A DNA stretch of 64,000 nt, from the IMG/VR virus record IMGVR_UViG_3300006103_001171; one strand, 5' to 3'. This document shows positions 1 through 11,263 of the stretch, piece after piece. The stretch is from an uncultured virus (IMG/VR IMGVR_UViG_3300006103_001171) (taxonomy: Duplodnaviria; Heunggongvirae; Uroviricota; Caudoviricetes). The position numbers were made by a program, and so were the translations under genes. The notes beneath the pieces are model-generated. The model did no database searches, had not been told where the DNA came from, and saw only the letters and a list, made by a program, of their open reading frames with translations. Position 1 is the first letter of the stretch, and every line of letters begins with the position of its first letter.

Positions 1-3000
1 AGATTACTCTATGATAGGTATATAAATAGTTTAGATTATTGCGGTACAAAATCAAATAATTTTGATTATTTTAAAATGATTAATTTCACTAATCTTATTG
101 GTAATTATTGGGTTGACTTAATTGAACAAGTAATGCCAGCAACAACCATTTGGAATTCAACAAAGGTTTATGGTAATACAATATTTGATTCACAAAAATT
201 TCAATATAAACCAAATACATTATTTTTTGGTACCGCTAGTACTTATAATCAAGTATTAAGTCCATGTACAGGTGTAACTTGTGGTGTTGATGTTAAAACA
301 AGTGTAATCTTAAGTGGGTCAAGTAATATTTCAGAATTCTTAAGTCCAAAAACAAATAATGATTTTAGTAATGCTTATTTAATACAATATAATAGTGGTT
401 CAGAATTTATTGGTTCTGTAACTAAAACAGTTAATTTCACATGTAATATTGAATTATCAACAAACACTACAAATGCTTTACCTAATAATACAGGTGGTAT
501 TTGTAATACAATCCTAAGTAGTCCAAATGGTGCTGTTAACTATTCATTAAGTGCTAAATCATCAAATTCAATCATACAAAGTGGTCAGGGTGTAATGGTT
601 CTTCCAATATTTAATAATTTATCAGCTGATACTTACACATTAACTGTTACGGATATTTATGGTTGTCACCAAAACTCAACATTTGTTATTTCATATAACC
701 CTTGTGTATTAACATTTACATCGGTTAACACTAATTCATTTAAGGGTATGAATAATGGTTTCGTTACTATTTCAAATATTAACGATACTGGATTAGTAAC
801 TGGTTATACATTAACAAGTGGTGCGACAACAATAAGTGCTGGTACATTTAATAACCAAAACAATAACCAACAATTATCTTTAACAATTGCTAATTTATCA
901 GCTGGAACTTATTCACTAACACTAACTGATAATTATGGTTGTAACGTAACTAGTGGTGTAACAATTAATGAAAATCCTTGTATTTTAAGTACTACAGCAT
1001 TATCTGTACCATTTACACAATTTGATGATGGTACTGGAACTGGTTCCATAACTCTTAATGTTACTAATGCTTACGGTATACCTAGTTCAATACCAGCTGG
1101 TAACCCTCAACCAACATCAATCCAATCACCTAATTTAGGTGTATCATATACTGTAAGTGGTATAACAACAAATAAAACTGGGACAATTAATGATGTTAAT
1201 AATCATACCGAAGGTAATTTAAGTGCTGGTGCTTATAATGTTAAATTTATCGATAATTCAGCTATAGGTTGTTATTCTAGTACGACACTATCCATACCAA
1301 AAATAACATATAGTGGTTATGCTGGTTATTGTGAAATTGCAACCGCTGACTTTAAACTTAGGGAGTTTATAACTGGGTTTAGTTCACCAGTTTTATCATA
1401 TTGGTTTCCAACAACTAAAAATGGTGGTAAAAATAGAATTTATGTTTTATTTAACGTCAATTCTAATTCAACTAATACTATTACTTCTAATATTTATTAT
1501 CTTGACAATTCAAATGATTTTATTAAATCAACAACACCATACACACCATATTTTACTAGTTCAGATTTTAAACCAATTGGTACATATAATGGGAATACGG
1601 TTAATAATTTTTATAAAAACGCTATATTTGATGAAAATAATAACAATATATATTTTTGTGGCGAAAATAGCATAAATCCAAATAGTGGTGCTAATAGCAT
1701 AAATCCAAATAATGGTGGTTTGGATGTTTATGATATTGATACAGATACATGGGTTGGTACAATACCTTATGGTTCAAATGATACTAATGATAGACAAGTT
1801 TTATATTCATACTCAACAAATGTAAATAATAAAACAATTAAATTCATTGTTGTAAATAATTCAAAAATAGACCGTGGTGGTGGTGCTTATGGTGGTGGCT
1901 TTACCGTTTACCAAGCTAATACAATAAAACCTTATTTACAGAATCCAACAAAAAATAGTTTAGTATCATTTGATATTGTCTTAGATGCAGGTAATAATAT
2001 TACCTATAAGGATTATTTTTATAATGGTTCACTTTATCTTGGTTTGTTCATAAAAGTTGGTGACTATTACTGGAGTTGTCCTGGTGGTAGTGTTAATAAC
2101 GCTGGTATACTTATTTTCGCTTTAGAGGCTAGTGATAGTGCTAATAATATTAAACCAGTTAACCCAGCTGACCCAGCACTTCTCCCAAATCAATCAAAAT
2201 TTATAAATGGGAAGTATTGGGGTTCTATTTTTTATGATGAATCATACCATAAAGTTTATTTTTCTGATTTTGGCTCTCAAACAATATCAGTTTATGATGT
2301 TACAAATGGAAATAATATTGGTGGTGGTGGTAAACTTTTGAAAGAGATAGACATTAGTAAATATAATTCTGGTTATAATTCCGATTTCTCTAATCTTAAT
2401 TATGTTCCAATTACTTATGTAACTTTAGACCCAATTGATAATAATACTTTATATTGTACAGTTCAAATGAATGACCCATCAGATGAAGAAACTCCAAGGT
2501 GGAGTAATACATATGTAATTGATAGAGATAAATCAGTTTTTAAAAGACTTATCAAAGGTTTTTATGCTTTAAATACTTCAGTTGTAGATGATGGTTATGA
2601 TACTAAGAGTCTTATGTCTGTTAATAATGGTGAGGGTACATTAAGTATTTATAATAATAGATATAGTGGTTATACAACTGGTAATTATATTTATACATCA
2701 ATGATGAGGTATAAAAATGGTACACCAGATACTAGTCTTTCTGATAAGGGTATTCTTAATAAAATTAATCAAATAGATGCGTATGGTACAACAGCAACAA
2801 CTGTAAATACAAATATTTTTGAGGTTACTAATCAATATAAAAATAAAATTAGTGCACCAAAAGTCATAAGTGGTGCTTGTCTTACTACGTCTTTTGCTAG
2901 TGCAAGTACTAATACGATAGCTAATACTACTACTCAACAAAGTGTAAATTTCCAAATGCAATTTGACCCAACTGTTTACAATAATAGTAAAATATCGAAT

Positions 3001-3255
3001 TTTGTTGTATCACTATATGATGCTTCTAACGGACCAATCGGTTCCCCATCAACTGGTGTAACATACAGTTATTCAACAGTAAATTATAATGGTGGATATA
3101 TTGATGATATTCTAACTTCAAGTACACAATATTTTACATCGAATACAGTTGCTTATAAAATACATTTGGATTATTATAGTGGAAGTACTATTACACCTAG
3201 TAATAAAATAACTGGTTATACATATAATGGTCCGACAAATACCAAAAATCCATAA
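1..3255 (+). CDS. Large virion structural protein (tail/baseplate/fibre-like, SprB-like repeats); 5' end lies outside the window
   Basis: The frame is open from base 1 to the ORF at 76. The protein is Thr/Ser/Asn-rich with repeated 'NLSAGTYSLTLTDNYGC' motifs and sits in a structural gene block. Confidence 0.6.
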   Translation, partial: RLLYDRYINSLDYCGTKSNNFDYFKMINFTNLIGNYWVDLIEQVMPATTIWNSTKVYGNTIFDSQKFQYKPNTLFFGTASTYNQVLSPCTGVTCGVDVKTSVILSGSSNISEFLSPKTNNDFSNAYLIQYNSGSEFIGSVTKTVNFTCNIELSTNTTNALPNNTGGICNTILSSPNGAVNYSLSAKSSNSIIQSGQGVMVLPIFNNLSADTYTLTVTDIYGCHQNSTFVISYNPCVLTFTSVNTNSFKGMNNGFVTISNINDTGLVTGYTLTSGATTISAGTFNNQNNNQQLSLTIANLSAGTYSLTLTDNYGCNVTSGVTINENPCILSTTALSVPFTQFDDGTGTGSITLNVTNAYGIPSSIPAGNPQPTSIQSPNLGVSYTVSGITTNKTGTINDVNNHTEGNLSAGAYNVKFIDNSAIGCYSSTTLSIPKITYSGYAGYCEIATADFKLREFITGFSSPVLSYWFPTTKNGGKNRIYVLFNVNSNSTNTITSNIYYLDNSNDFIKSTTPYTPYFTSSDFKPIGTYNGNTVNNFYKNAIFDENNNNIYFCGENSINPNSGANSINPNNGGLDVYDIDTDTWVGTIPYGSNDTNDRQVLYSYSTNVNNKTIKFIVVNNSKIDRGGGAYGGGFTVYQANTIKPYLQNPTKNSLVSFDIVLDAGNNITYKDYFYNGSLYLGLFIKVGDYYWSCPGGSVNNAGILIFALEASDSANNIKPVNPADPALLPNQSKFINGKYWGSIFYDESYHKVYFSDFGSQTISVYDVTNGNNIGGGGKLLKEIDISKYNSGYNSDFSNLNYVPITYVTLDPIDNNTLYCTVQMNDPSDEETPRWSNTYVIDRDKSVFKRLIKGFYALNTSVVDDGYDTKSLMSVNNGEGTLSIYNNRYSGYTTGNYIYTSMMRYKNGTPDTSLSDKGILNKINQIDAYGTTATTVNTNIFEVTNQYKNKISAPKVISGACLTTSFASASTNTIANTTTQQSVNFQMQFDPTVYNNSKISNFVVSLYDASNGPIGSPSTGVTYSYSTVNYNGGYIDDILTSSTQYFTSNTVAYKIHLDYYSGSTITPSNKITGYTYNGPTNTKNP

Positions 3256-3289
3256 TAAAATAATTAAACTTAATACATATTTATAATAT

Positions 3290-3532
3290 ATGCCATTAGT
3301 AATAAAAAAAATAGAAGGTAAGTTTTTGGATAATTATGTAAGTAATATACCAATATATAGTATGTTATCCGCCACAATACAAAATAGCGATTATATAAAT
3401 GTTAATGGTGAAATATTTTTTTTACAAAACTATTCAAAAGTTAATACGTTAACACAAGGAAAAACCTTATTAAGTTATGGTTTAAAAAATAATTATAATT
3501 TACCAACCTCAGTTTTACAATTGTCATACTAA
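3290..3532 (+). CDS. Hypothetical protein
   Basis: 80-aa ORF preceded by the ATATTTATA motif; its stop overlaps the next start (TAATG). Confidence 0.6.
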   Translation: MPLVIKKIEGKFLDNYVSNIPIYSMLSATIQNSDYINVNGEIFFLQNYSKVNTLTQGKTLLSYGLKNNYNLPTSVLQLSY

Positions 3533-6207
3533 TGAGATATCAAGAAAGAATATATGAACAAACAAATACCTTTGCTAGAAATAAAAGCGTTAATATCGTT
3601 AATACTAGTTCAGATATTTCTGTATTTTATGCACCACAATTTGATATAAGTGGTGCAACTAAGGTACAATGCGGTGATGTTCAATTTACACTTAGTGGAT
3701 TCCCATATAATTCATATTTAACAGCTGCAACAAATTCATGTATTGGTGTAAATCTACCAATTAGTTGTTTCACGGGTTCTACTTGGAATACAAATATATA
3801 CACAGATAACTCACTAGCTTATAGTGGAACTTTTTATACAAGTAACACAATCACTGGTGTACCAACCGATAATCAATTCGTTCAATCCGTTCAGGATGGT
3901 TTTAATAGTTTAGGTTATCAATACACACTTAGTGGATACACATTTGACTTAGCTAAAATTTATGGTGTTCAAAACGTTAAAATAGACATAGATGTTTTCG
4001 CTAATTATAACTATGTGGCACCATTTACATGTCCATCAAATTATGTTACAAACCCTAGCAATGATGGTTGTCAACAAGTAAATGTCTATACAAATGGACC
4101 ATCATATAATGGTTCTGGTTCGACAATACAATCTGGTTCCACAGATGCAACATATTGTAGAGATGGTGCTTATTTTTATGATGATATTGCAAATTTAGGA
4201 CCATACCCATTATCATATAACCCTAGTGGTAATTTAATTAATAGTACTGGTGGTACAATTACGGCTTTAAATATTAGTAATGGTGTACAAAGTAACAGTT
4301 TTTGGTATAATTCTGGTAATCCAACAGATGGTAGACTTAATAAAATAGGTTTATCAGCAACAACTAATTCATTTGTTGGTTTCAGTAAGTGTTTAAATAT
4401 TCTTAGTGGTGGTACATACTATATTGGCCTTGCTGCCGATAATGATGCTCAATTTAGACTTAATGGTCAATTAATTGTTAATCTTACAGGTACAACACTA
4501 CAAAATTTTAAAAGGTGGAGTGTTTTTAAAGTTAATTTACTTTCTGGACAAAACATAATTGAGATGCTTGGTGAGAATCTAGATGCTGGTTCGGCATCTT
4601 CTTTTGGTGCTGAAGTTTATTACCCAACAAATTATGCAACTTTAACTGGTGCTACGACCACTGGTTCAACACAAGCAAATGCAATCTTTTCAACTAGTAG
4701 TTATGTTGGTAAAACTTGGGATATAGGCACTAATTTAGGTTATTCATGTCCAAGTGGTTTTGCTTTAAATACATGTGCAACCGCTTATACGTGTACTCAA
4801 ATTTTAAGGGCACCTTACTCACAGATATGTACTGGTAATTGTGCTGGTGATGAATTTCAAATATTAAGCCAAGATTTACCATCAATAAATAATGCGAGTA
4901 ATGGTGTTTATATTTTAGACCCAACAACTGGTACAACAATACCATTCACATTTAATTTTACTGGAAATACAAATACATTCATAACTAATAATGCAACATT
5001 TAATTATGAAATTTATCCATTCAACCCAACTTTAAATTTATTTACTGTACCACCAATTTATTCAAGCTCTAACATATCCTATTCAGCATTCTCTGGAACA
5101 AATGTTTTAACACAAAGTATAAACTTTAGTGCCTCAAGTGATGGTGATTACTTAGTTAAGGGTTATACAATTGGTGATGCTGGTACAAAATACTTAAATG
5201 CTTTAGGTAAAAAAATAAACACAATGGATTATGTTAGTAGCAAAACATCTAATTTTTATAATCCACAAGTTGATTTTTATTTTGTTGCAATTTATAATGC
5301 TGATACACCTAATTTTACACAATCACAAGCACAATTAATTGATAATGCGACCACTGGTAGTTTAGCATTATCACAACAAGTAATAATTGTTGGTCAAAAT
5401 AATAATAACTATACAAATACTGGTAGTACCTTTACATTAACAAATACTTATAATGGTCAACCAATTATTACATTAAATGGTTTAGTTTTAGCTAGTAGTT
5501 ATGATTACATACTTAGTGGTCAAGTTTTAACTTTTCTTGGTACTATATTAAATGGTGATGTTATTACAGTAACATATAACACAACTAACTCTATTGTTTT
5601 AACTTCAGATTCATTATACTTAAACACAACAATACCTAGTGGTAGAACTGGAAATCAAGGCAATAATAAATACTATTATAACACAACAACTGGTAAGTAT
5701 GAAATTTATACACAAAACGTTCCAGTTGTTGGTTCAACAATAATGGTTATACTAAATGGTGTCACATTAGTAAATAATATAGATTATTATCAATCCACAA
5801 CAAACCCAAATAGAATAATCCTTAATGGTATTATTATGAAAGGTGATTTAATTGTAATAATATATAATCCAAAGGCCAGTATTGTTAACGGAATTTACCA
5901 AAATAATAATATATTAAATTGGTCAATTGCACACGGCCCAATGGGTAATTATGGTCAATTTGATATACAATATAGTAGCAATATTACCTTTACAACATAT
6001 ACAACTAGTAGTACAATACCTTATAATACTAATGTAACAGCTTATAGTGGTGTTTTATCACTAACTGGTAATGCTGGTACTAATTTATATTATAGGGTTA
6101 AAAACACAAAGAGTTACCCATCTAAATGTGGTGACCCAATAGTTAGTGTTGCTTATAGTGAAACAGTACCAATAACAATTTTAAGTAATGGATTAAATAG
6201 TTACTAA
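3532..6207 (+). CDS. Virion structural protein (tail-associated)
   Basis: 891 aa, T/S/G/N-rich, with two 'LNG..L....DY' repeats typical of phage tail adaptor domains. Confidence 0.55.
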   Translation: MRYQERIYEQTNTFARNKSVNIVNTSSDISVFYAPQFDISGATKVQCGDVQFTLSGFPYNSYLTAATNSCIGVNLPISCFTGSTWNTNIYTDNSLAYSGTFYTSNTITGVPTDNQFVQSVQDGFNSLGYQYTLSGYTFDLAKIYGVQNVKIDIDVFANYNYVAPFTCPSNYVTNPSNDGCQQVNVYTNGPSYNGSGSTIQSGSTDATYCRDGAYFYDDIANLGPYPLSYNPSGNLINSTGGTITALNISNGVQSNSFWYNSGNPTDGRLNKIGLSATTNSFVGFSKCLNILSGGTYYIGLAADNDAQFRLNGQLIVNLTGTTLQNFKRWSVFKVNLLSGQNIIEMLGENLDAGSASSFGAEVYYPTNYATLTGATTTGSTQANAIFSTSSYVGKTWDIGTNLGYSCPSGFALNTCATAYTCTQILRAPYSQICTGNCAGDEFQILSQDLPSINNASNGVYILDPTTGTTIPFTFNFTGNTNTFITNNATFNYEIYPFNPTLNLFTVPPIYSSSNISYSAFSGTNVLTQSINFSASSDGDYLVKGYTIGDAGTKYLNALGKKINTMDYVSSKTSNFYNPQVDFYFVAIYNADTPNFTQSQAQLIDNATTGSLALSQQVIIVGQNNNNYTNTGSTFTLTNTYNGQPIITLNGLVLASSYDYILSGQVLTFLGTILNGDVITVTYNTTNSIVLTSDSLYLNTTIPSGRTGNQGNNKYYYNTTTGKYEIYTQNVPVVGSTIMVILNGVTLVNNIDYYQSTTNPNRIILNGIIMKGDLIVIIYNPKASIVNGIYQNNNILNWSIAHGPMGNYGQFDIQYSSNITFTTYTTSSTIPYNTNVTAYSGVLSLTGNAGTNLYYRVKNTKSYPSKCGDPIVSVAYSETVPITILSNGLNSY

Positions 6208-6257
6208 TATTTACAAATAAACAAAAACAAATATATTTATAATAAAAAAGAATAGTT

Positions 6258-8414
6258 ATGTCATATATAATACCAAGTACTTCACCATTTGTTTCAATTA
6301 AATTAACCGATGTTGGACGTTCACAACTAGCACAAGGTCAATTAACTTTTTCATCTTGGGCGATTGGTGATTCAGAATTAGATTATAGTAGAGAAGCATT
6401 AGTTAACGCAAACCCAAGTGACCCAATTCTATCATTACCTTCTAAAGTTTTTAGGACTTTTGATTTACAACCAAATATTAAATCTTTTATCACAACAGAA
6501 GGTGGTTCAAATTTAAATCCTATAACATCGGCAAACTTAAATGTTGTCGTTGCAACTGTTAATAATCAAGCCACAGAAAGAGGATTCTTTGTAAATAATA
6601 CGACATACTACTCAACACAAACTGGTTCACCATATACCCTTGATGTTACAACTATACCAAATTCTGGAATAACTGGTGGTACTTCTGTTATTGTGAATTA
6701 TGGTTTAAATATTTCAACTGGTAATTTTGTTAGACTTAAATTATCAACTAATATCGGTACAGCACAATATGATTCATTAACAAGAAATACGCACCCAGCT
6801 GCAAATCTATGGTATAAGATTCAATCAACTGGTATTACAAATACTGGTAATGTTATTTTAAATTTAGATAGAACTTTACCTAATTTTTCAATATATAGTG
6901 GTAATTCATTTGCTTATTTTTACCCTAATGGTGAAGTTGCTGATACTTTTGGTAGTTCAAATTCAACAGCTTATTGGGATAGTGGTACACTTTCTTTTGA
7001 TTCAGCAACAAACATTACATGTTCAGATGTTAAAGTTTGGAATATGAATAATGTTTGGACTGAAAATTTAGCTGGTGTAACTGGTCTTTCAACAACTCAA
7101 TTATATGAAGACTATACTAGGTTTGGTTCATATACATATACTGGAACTAAAAACCCATATTTAGAGTATTTAACAGTTACTAGTAATTCAACAACTAATT
7201 CGATTAACTGTAATGGTATAGGTAATAGTTATTTAGATACTATCAGTAAATCATTATCAATAATACATTACACAAATAATACGATTTCTAATTTATACGG
7301 TGACTTCTTTTTTATTGACACTATAAATAATAAAGTTGTTAATATTACAATACCAGATTTAATGTACCATAATATTGGATACAGTTCTGCCTCTGGTAAA
7401 ACAATGGGAATGTCATTTGTATCTAGTGGTACAACACAAACGATTGGGAATAGCGATATCCAATATATGACATTAATCGAAAACCCAACCTATCTTAGCG
7501 GTTCATCAGCACCACAAGTTGTTGGTAAAGTTTTCCCACAATTAAAAATGGTTGTAATTGATAATGATGAAATTGTCGCCGCATTATCCTATAAGTCAAA
7601 TAGAAACTGGACACTTCCACCATTAGCGGCCACACTTACAGCACCAGTTGGTGCCACAGGCGTATTAGGAATTGGTGAAACAATGTACTTAACATATGCA
7701 CTAGATAATACTTCTGGAAGTGGATATACACCAACATTACCATGTCAATCCTACATAAAGATTACAAATAGTACTACAACATCAAGAGACGTACAATTTC
7801 ATATTTCACAACAAGGTTTATTACCTTATATGAGAAAAATTGAAAATGCTGGATATGATGGTTTAGGTTTTTATGCAACAAACTTTAAGTTGGTTTATCA
7901 AATGATTGATGACCCTAATGCAAGACCTGACCCAGCAATGTGGCAAGTTTACGATTTCACATCAACAGCAATTACTAGTGTTGCAGGTCAAACAATTGAC
8001 CCAATATTATTAGAAAATCCAATACCGTTAGCTAATGGTTTTATATTAACCGCAGCAATTAATACGGCATCAACGACTTATGATATAACGCAAAGTCTAG
8101 GTATGGCACCAAATTCTAATTCAAATATTTTACAATTTGGTGATGAAAGATTCTTCTATGGTAATTTAACAACATATATTGGTTCAAATATATATAAAAC
8201 AATATTTGATATTAGCATAAATTCAGCACAATTTTCTGAAACTACGAATCCTACTAGAAGTAAGCTACCATCAACTAATCCACCACCAATTGAAGTTTCT
8301 GAAGTTGGTATATATGATAATAACAATAATTTGGTTGTAATTGGTAAATTAAGCGAACCAGTACAATTAACTAAAAACGATACAGTAATGTTCGAATTGT
8401 CGCTAGATTTCTAA
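6258..8414 (+). CDS. Tail/baseplate structural protein
   Basis: N-terminal 'KLTDVGR..LAQG' and C-terminal 'VSEVGIYD...LVVIGKL', resembling tail-collar/fibre modules. Confidence 0.55.
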   Translation: MSYIIPSTSPFVSIKLTDVGRSQLAQGQLTFSSWAIGDSELDYSREALVNANPSDPILSLPSKVFRTFDLQPNIKSFITTEGGSNLNPITSANLNVVVATVNNQATERGFFVNNTTYYSTQTGSPYTLDVTTIPNSGITGGTSVIVNYGLNISTGNFVRLKLSTNIGTAQYDSLTRNTHPAANLWYKIQSTGITNTGNVILNLDRTLPNFSIYSGNSFAYFYPNGEVADTFGSSNSTAYWDSGTLSFDSATNITCSDVKVWNMNNVWTENLAGVTGLSTTQLYEDYTRFGSYTYTGTKNPYLEYLTVTSNSTTNSINCNGIGNSYLDTISKSLSIIHYTNNTISNLYGDFFFIDTINNKVVNITIPDLMYHNIGYSSASGKTMGMSFVSSGTTQTIGNSDIQYMTLIENPTYLSGSSAPQVVGKVFPQLKMVVIDNDEIVAALSYKSNRNWTLPPLAATLTAPVGATGVLGIGETMYLTYALDNTSGSGYTPTLPCQSYIKITNSTTTSRDVQFHISQQGLLPYMRKIENAGYDGLGFYATNFKLVYQMIDDPNARPDPAMWQVYDFTSTAITSVAGQTIDPILLENPIPLANGFILTAAINTASTTYDITQSLGMAPNSNSNILQFGDERFFYGNLTTYIGSNIYKTIFDISINSAQFSETTNPTRSKLPSTNPPPIEVSEVGIYDNNNNLVVIGKLSEPVQLTKNDTVMFELSLDF

Positions 8415-8427
8415 ATAAATTAATAAC

Positions 8428-9621
8428 ATGGGATATAATAATAGTTCAACAAATTTAAGTTTAAACGCAAAATTAACACCGTTAGGTAGACAAAAAATAA
8501 TAACTAATGATAATGGTCTTATAACTTATTTTAGTCTTGGTGATTCTGATGCAAACTATAACGCAGCACTACCATTAGTGTCTGGTCAAGTACCAACATC
8601 TGGTGGTAATATAGGTGCAAATTCATCATCAACCAACAGTGTTGGTTTTAACTATATGATAAATAGCATGCTTATAGTTGATTCTACTGGTGCGACACAA
8701 AAAATGGTTGAACCACAATCTTCTGGTGTTACATTAACTTATAATTCAGTTGGTTTTAACACAATTACTTCTAATAATTTAACAACAAATATTATTAATA
8801 GAAATAATAATAACACCGACCCATTAGTTAATTTATATTATAGCTTTAATTTATCATTAAATTCTACAAGTGATACAACATTAACTGGCGTAACATCAGC
8901 TGATGGTGGTTACTCAGATACAGCATTAAGTGGTTTAGCGGTATCAAATATTTTAGCAATTGGAATTAATAATTCACAATATGGTGAAATGCTTGACGGT
9001 AAAGCAATTAGACTTACCCTAAATACACCATCCACAGCATTTACTATTTATAGTACTTTTGAAAATATAAATATTCCATTAGCTACTCAAGATGCTAATT
9101 ATTCAGACCCATCAAATGATGCCGAATTATTTGGTAATATTGCATTTTTAGTTTCTGATAATATTATGAAACCTAATGGTGGTAATTCATCATTAAGTTG
9201 GGCAACTGGTTTTAATACGGTAAAACCATTTAGTGTTAATAATAAGAGTCTTTTAAATAGAAGCACAAATACCAATATAAATTTAACTGCGGATACTATT
9301 GTTGGTATTGCTTATTTAGATAAGGGCTTTTTGGTTATTACACACCCAACAATAGTTAATAGTTTTAGTGCTGTAACATCAACAACGGTTAGTTTTAATA
9401 GTGTTTCAACATCTGTTCAGCAAAATATCACATGCATAGCTGGTAGAGGTGAATTTGGTGCTTCAAATAATACAACATTTACTATTGCGGATACACCTAG
9501 AATTACCGAAGTTGGGTTATATGATTTAGAAAATAATCTGATAGCTATAGCAAAAACAGATAGACAATTAGTTAAAAATACCAACGATTTCTTTGCGTTA
9601 TCAATAAATTTAACATTATAA
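8428..9621 (+). CDS. Tail/baseplate structural protein, paralogous in its termini to the upstream gene
   Basis: 'KLTPLGR' and 'ITEVGLYD...LIAIAK' motifs shared with 6258..8414. Confidence 0.55.
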   Translation: MGYNNSSTNLSLNAKLTPLGRQKIITNDNGLITYFSLGDSDANYNAALPLVSGQVPTSGGNIGANSSSTNSVGFNYMINSMLIVDSTGATQKMVEPQSSGVTLTYNSVGFNTITSNNLTTNIINRNNNNTDPLVNLYYSFNLSLNSTSDTTLTGVTSADGGYSDTALSGLAVSNILAIGINNSQYGEMLDGKAIRLTLNTPSTAFTIYSTFENINIPLATQDANYSDPSNDAELFGNIAFLVSDNIMKPNGGNSSLSWATGFNTVKPFSVNNKSLLNRSTNTNINLTADTIVGIAYLDKGFLVITHPTIVNSFSAVTSTTVSFNSVSTSVQQNITCIAGRGEFGASNNTTFTIADTPRITEVGLYDLENNLIAIAKTDRQLVKNTNDFFALSINLTL

Positions 9622-9663
9622 ACTTTATTTTTTTAAATAAGGTTTTATATTGACTTAAAAATT

Positions 9664-10317
9664 ATGCAAGAAAATATAAATGAAAACAATCTAATTCTTG
9701 GTTTAGATGTTTCAACTAAAACAATTGGTATAGCTCTTTTTGAAGATAAAGACGGTAAAGGTGATTTAAAATTATTACATCATGTAACCCCAAAAGTGAA
9801 ACTTGAAAAAGATTCAAAAATGGAAGAGTTATTTGAGAAAGCAAGAATTTTTGAAAAAGAATTCTTAAATGATTATGCCGATATGGGTATAACTAGGGTT
9901 ATTATTGAAGAACCTCTACTTCAGTCAAATAATGTTTACACAGTAGCAACACTTCTTAGATTTAATGGTATGATAGCTAGGTCGGTTTATGAAACCCTTA
10001 ATATTGTACCAGATTTTATTTCATCAAATGATGCAAGAAGATATGCTTTCCCACAACTATTAGCTGTTAGAACAACCAAAAAAGATGGAACAAAAAAATT
10101 AGATAAAGAAATTTCTAAGGGTACACCAGTATTATTTGGTGGTCATGATTTTGATGCTGATAAAAAGATGATTATTTGGGAACTAGTATCCGACCTTGAA
10201 CCACAAATTGGTTGGCTTTACGACAAGAAAAACAAATTAAAAAAAGAAAACTTTGATATGGCTGATGCTTTTTGTTCAGTACTTGGTTACATGAAAAGAG
10301 AAGGACTGTGGAAATAA
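9664..10317 (+). CDS. RuvC-like Holliday junction resolvase
   Basis: RNase H-fold motifs 'ILGLDVSTKTIG', 'VIIEEP' and 'DMADA'. Confidence 0.8.
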   Translation: MQENINENNLILGLDVSTKTIGIALFEDKDGKGDLKLLHHVTPKVKLEKDSKMEELFEKARIFEKEFLNDYADMGITRVIIEEPLLQSNNVYTVATLLRFNGMIARSVYETLNIVPDFISSNDARRYAFPQLLAVRTTKKDGTKKLDKEISKGTPVLFGGHDFDADKKMIIWELVSDLEPQIGWLYDKKNKLKKENFDMADAFCSVLGYMKREGLWK

Positions 10318-10368
10318 AAATACGCAAGTAAAAGAATCTTTTCTCACATTTTCGTATATTTATAATAT

Positions 10369-11157
10369 ATGGAAAATAAATTTTTAAGAATTTTAAGTAA
10401 AGAACCAATTTGTTGCGTGTATTCAGTAACTAATAAAATAAATGGTAAGATTTATATTGGCCAATCAATTGATGTTGAACGCAGATGGTCTCAACATAAA
10501 TATGGTAAAGGTAATTTAATATTAAAAAATGCTATAAAAAAATATGGTATTGATAATTTTGAATTTACAATTTTAGAGAAAGTTGATATTGATAATAAAA
10601 GTAAAAATGATATTATTGAACTATTAACAATCATAGAACAAAAATGGTTTGATTTAAAAAAACCTTACTTAAAGGAAAATGGTTATAATATTCAAAAGAC
10701 ATCCAAACCAAATTTAACACCTAATAAAGATTATAATTTTGGTCAAAAAATAAGTAAAATTAAAATCGACAATAACCATACTGGTAAACCTTTAAATCAA
10801 TATAATTTAAACGGTGATTTAATAAAAGAATGGAAATCAGCGGCTGAAATTGAAAGAGTCTTGGGGTTTAATGCTGAAAATATATCAGCATGTTGTTTAG
10901 GTAAAAGTAAAACATCAAATGGCTTTATTTGGAAATTTGTTGGTATTAAATTAACTGAACTTGAAATAATTAATTCAAAAGTTAAAATAAGAAAAAAGAA
11001 AAAAGTTGCAAAATATTCATTAACTGGTGAATTAATTGAAGTATTCGATTCATTAATAGATGCAGCTAAAAATGTTGGTTGTCCACAATATCAAATTTCA
11101 AAAGTTTGTACTGGTGTACAAAAAACATGTAGAAATTATAAATGGGTTTTTATATAA
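10369..11157 (+). CDS. GIY-YIG homing endonuclease with NUMOD1-like repeats
   Basis: 'CVYSVTNKINGKIYIGQS', plus two C-terminal 'QYNLNG..IKEW.S..E' repeats. Confidence 0.85.
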   Translation: MENKFLRILSKEPICCVYSVTNKINGKIYIGQSIDVERRWSQHKYGKGNLILKNAIKKYGIDNFEFTILEKVDIDNKSKNDIIELLTIIEQKWFDLKKPYLKENGYNIQKTSKPNLTPNKDYNFGQKISKIKIDNNHTGKPLNQYNLNGDLIKEWKSAAEIERVLGFNAENISACCLGKSKTSNGFIWKFVGIKLTELEIINSKVKIRKKKKVAKYSLTGELIEVFDSLIDAAKNVGCPQYQISKVCTGVQKTCRNYKWVFI

Positions 11158-11167
11158 TAAATCGGTT

Positions 11168-11227
11168 ATGGCTGATGCACTAACGTGTGTTGTTGGATAT
11201 ATGCGTAAAAATAATTTTTGGAAATAA
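11168..11227 (+). pseudogene. Displaced alternative 3' end of the RuvC-like gene
   Basis: Translates as MADALTCVVGYMRKNNFWK*, colinear with the RuvC C-terminus MADAFCSVLGYMKREGLWK* (10258..10317). Confidence 0.85.
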
Positions 11228-11263
11228 TTTGTTTTTATTTATTATTTCCCGTAACTTTGCCTT

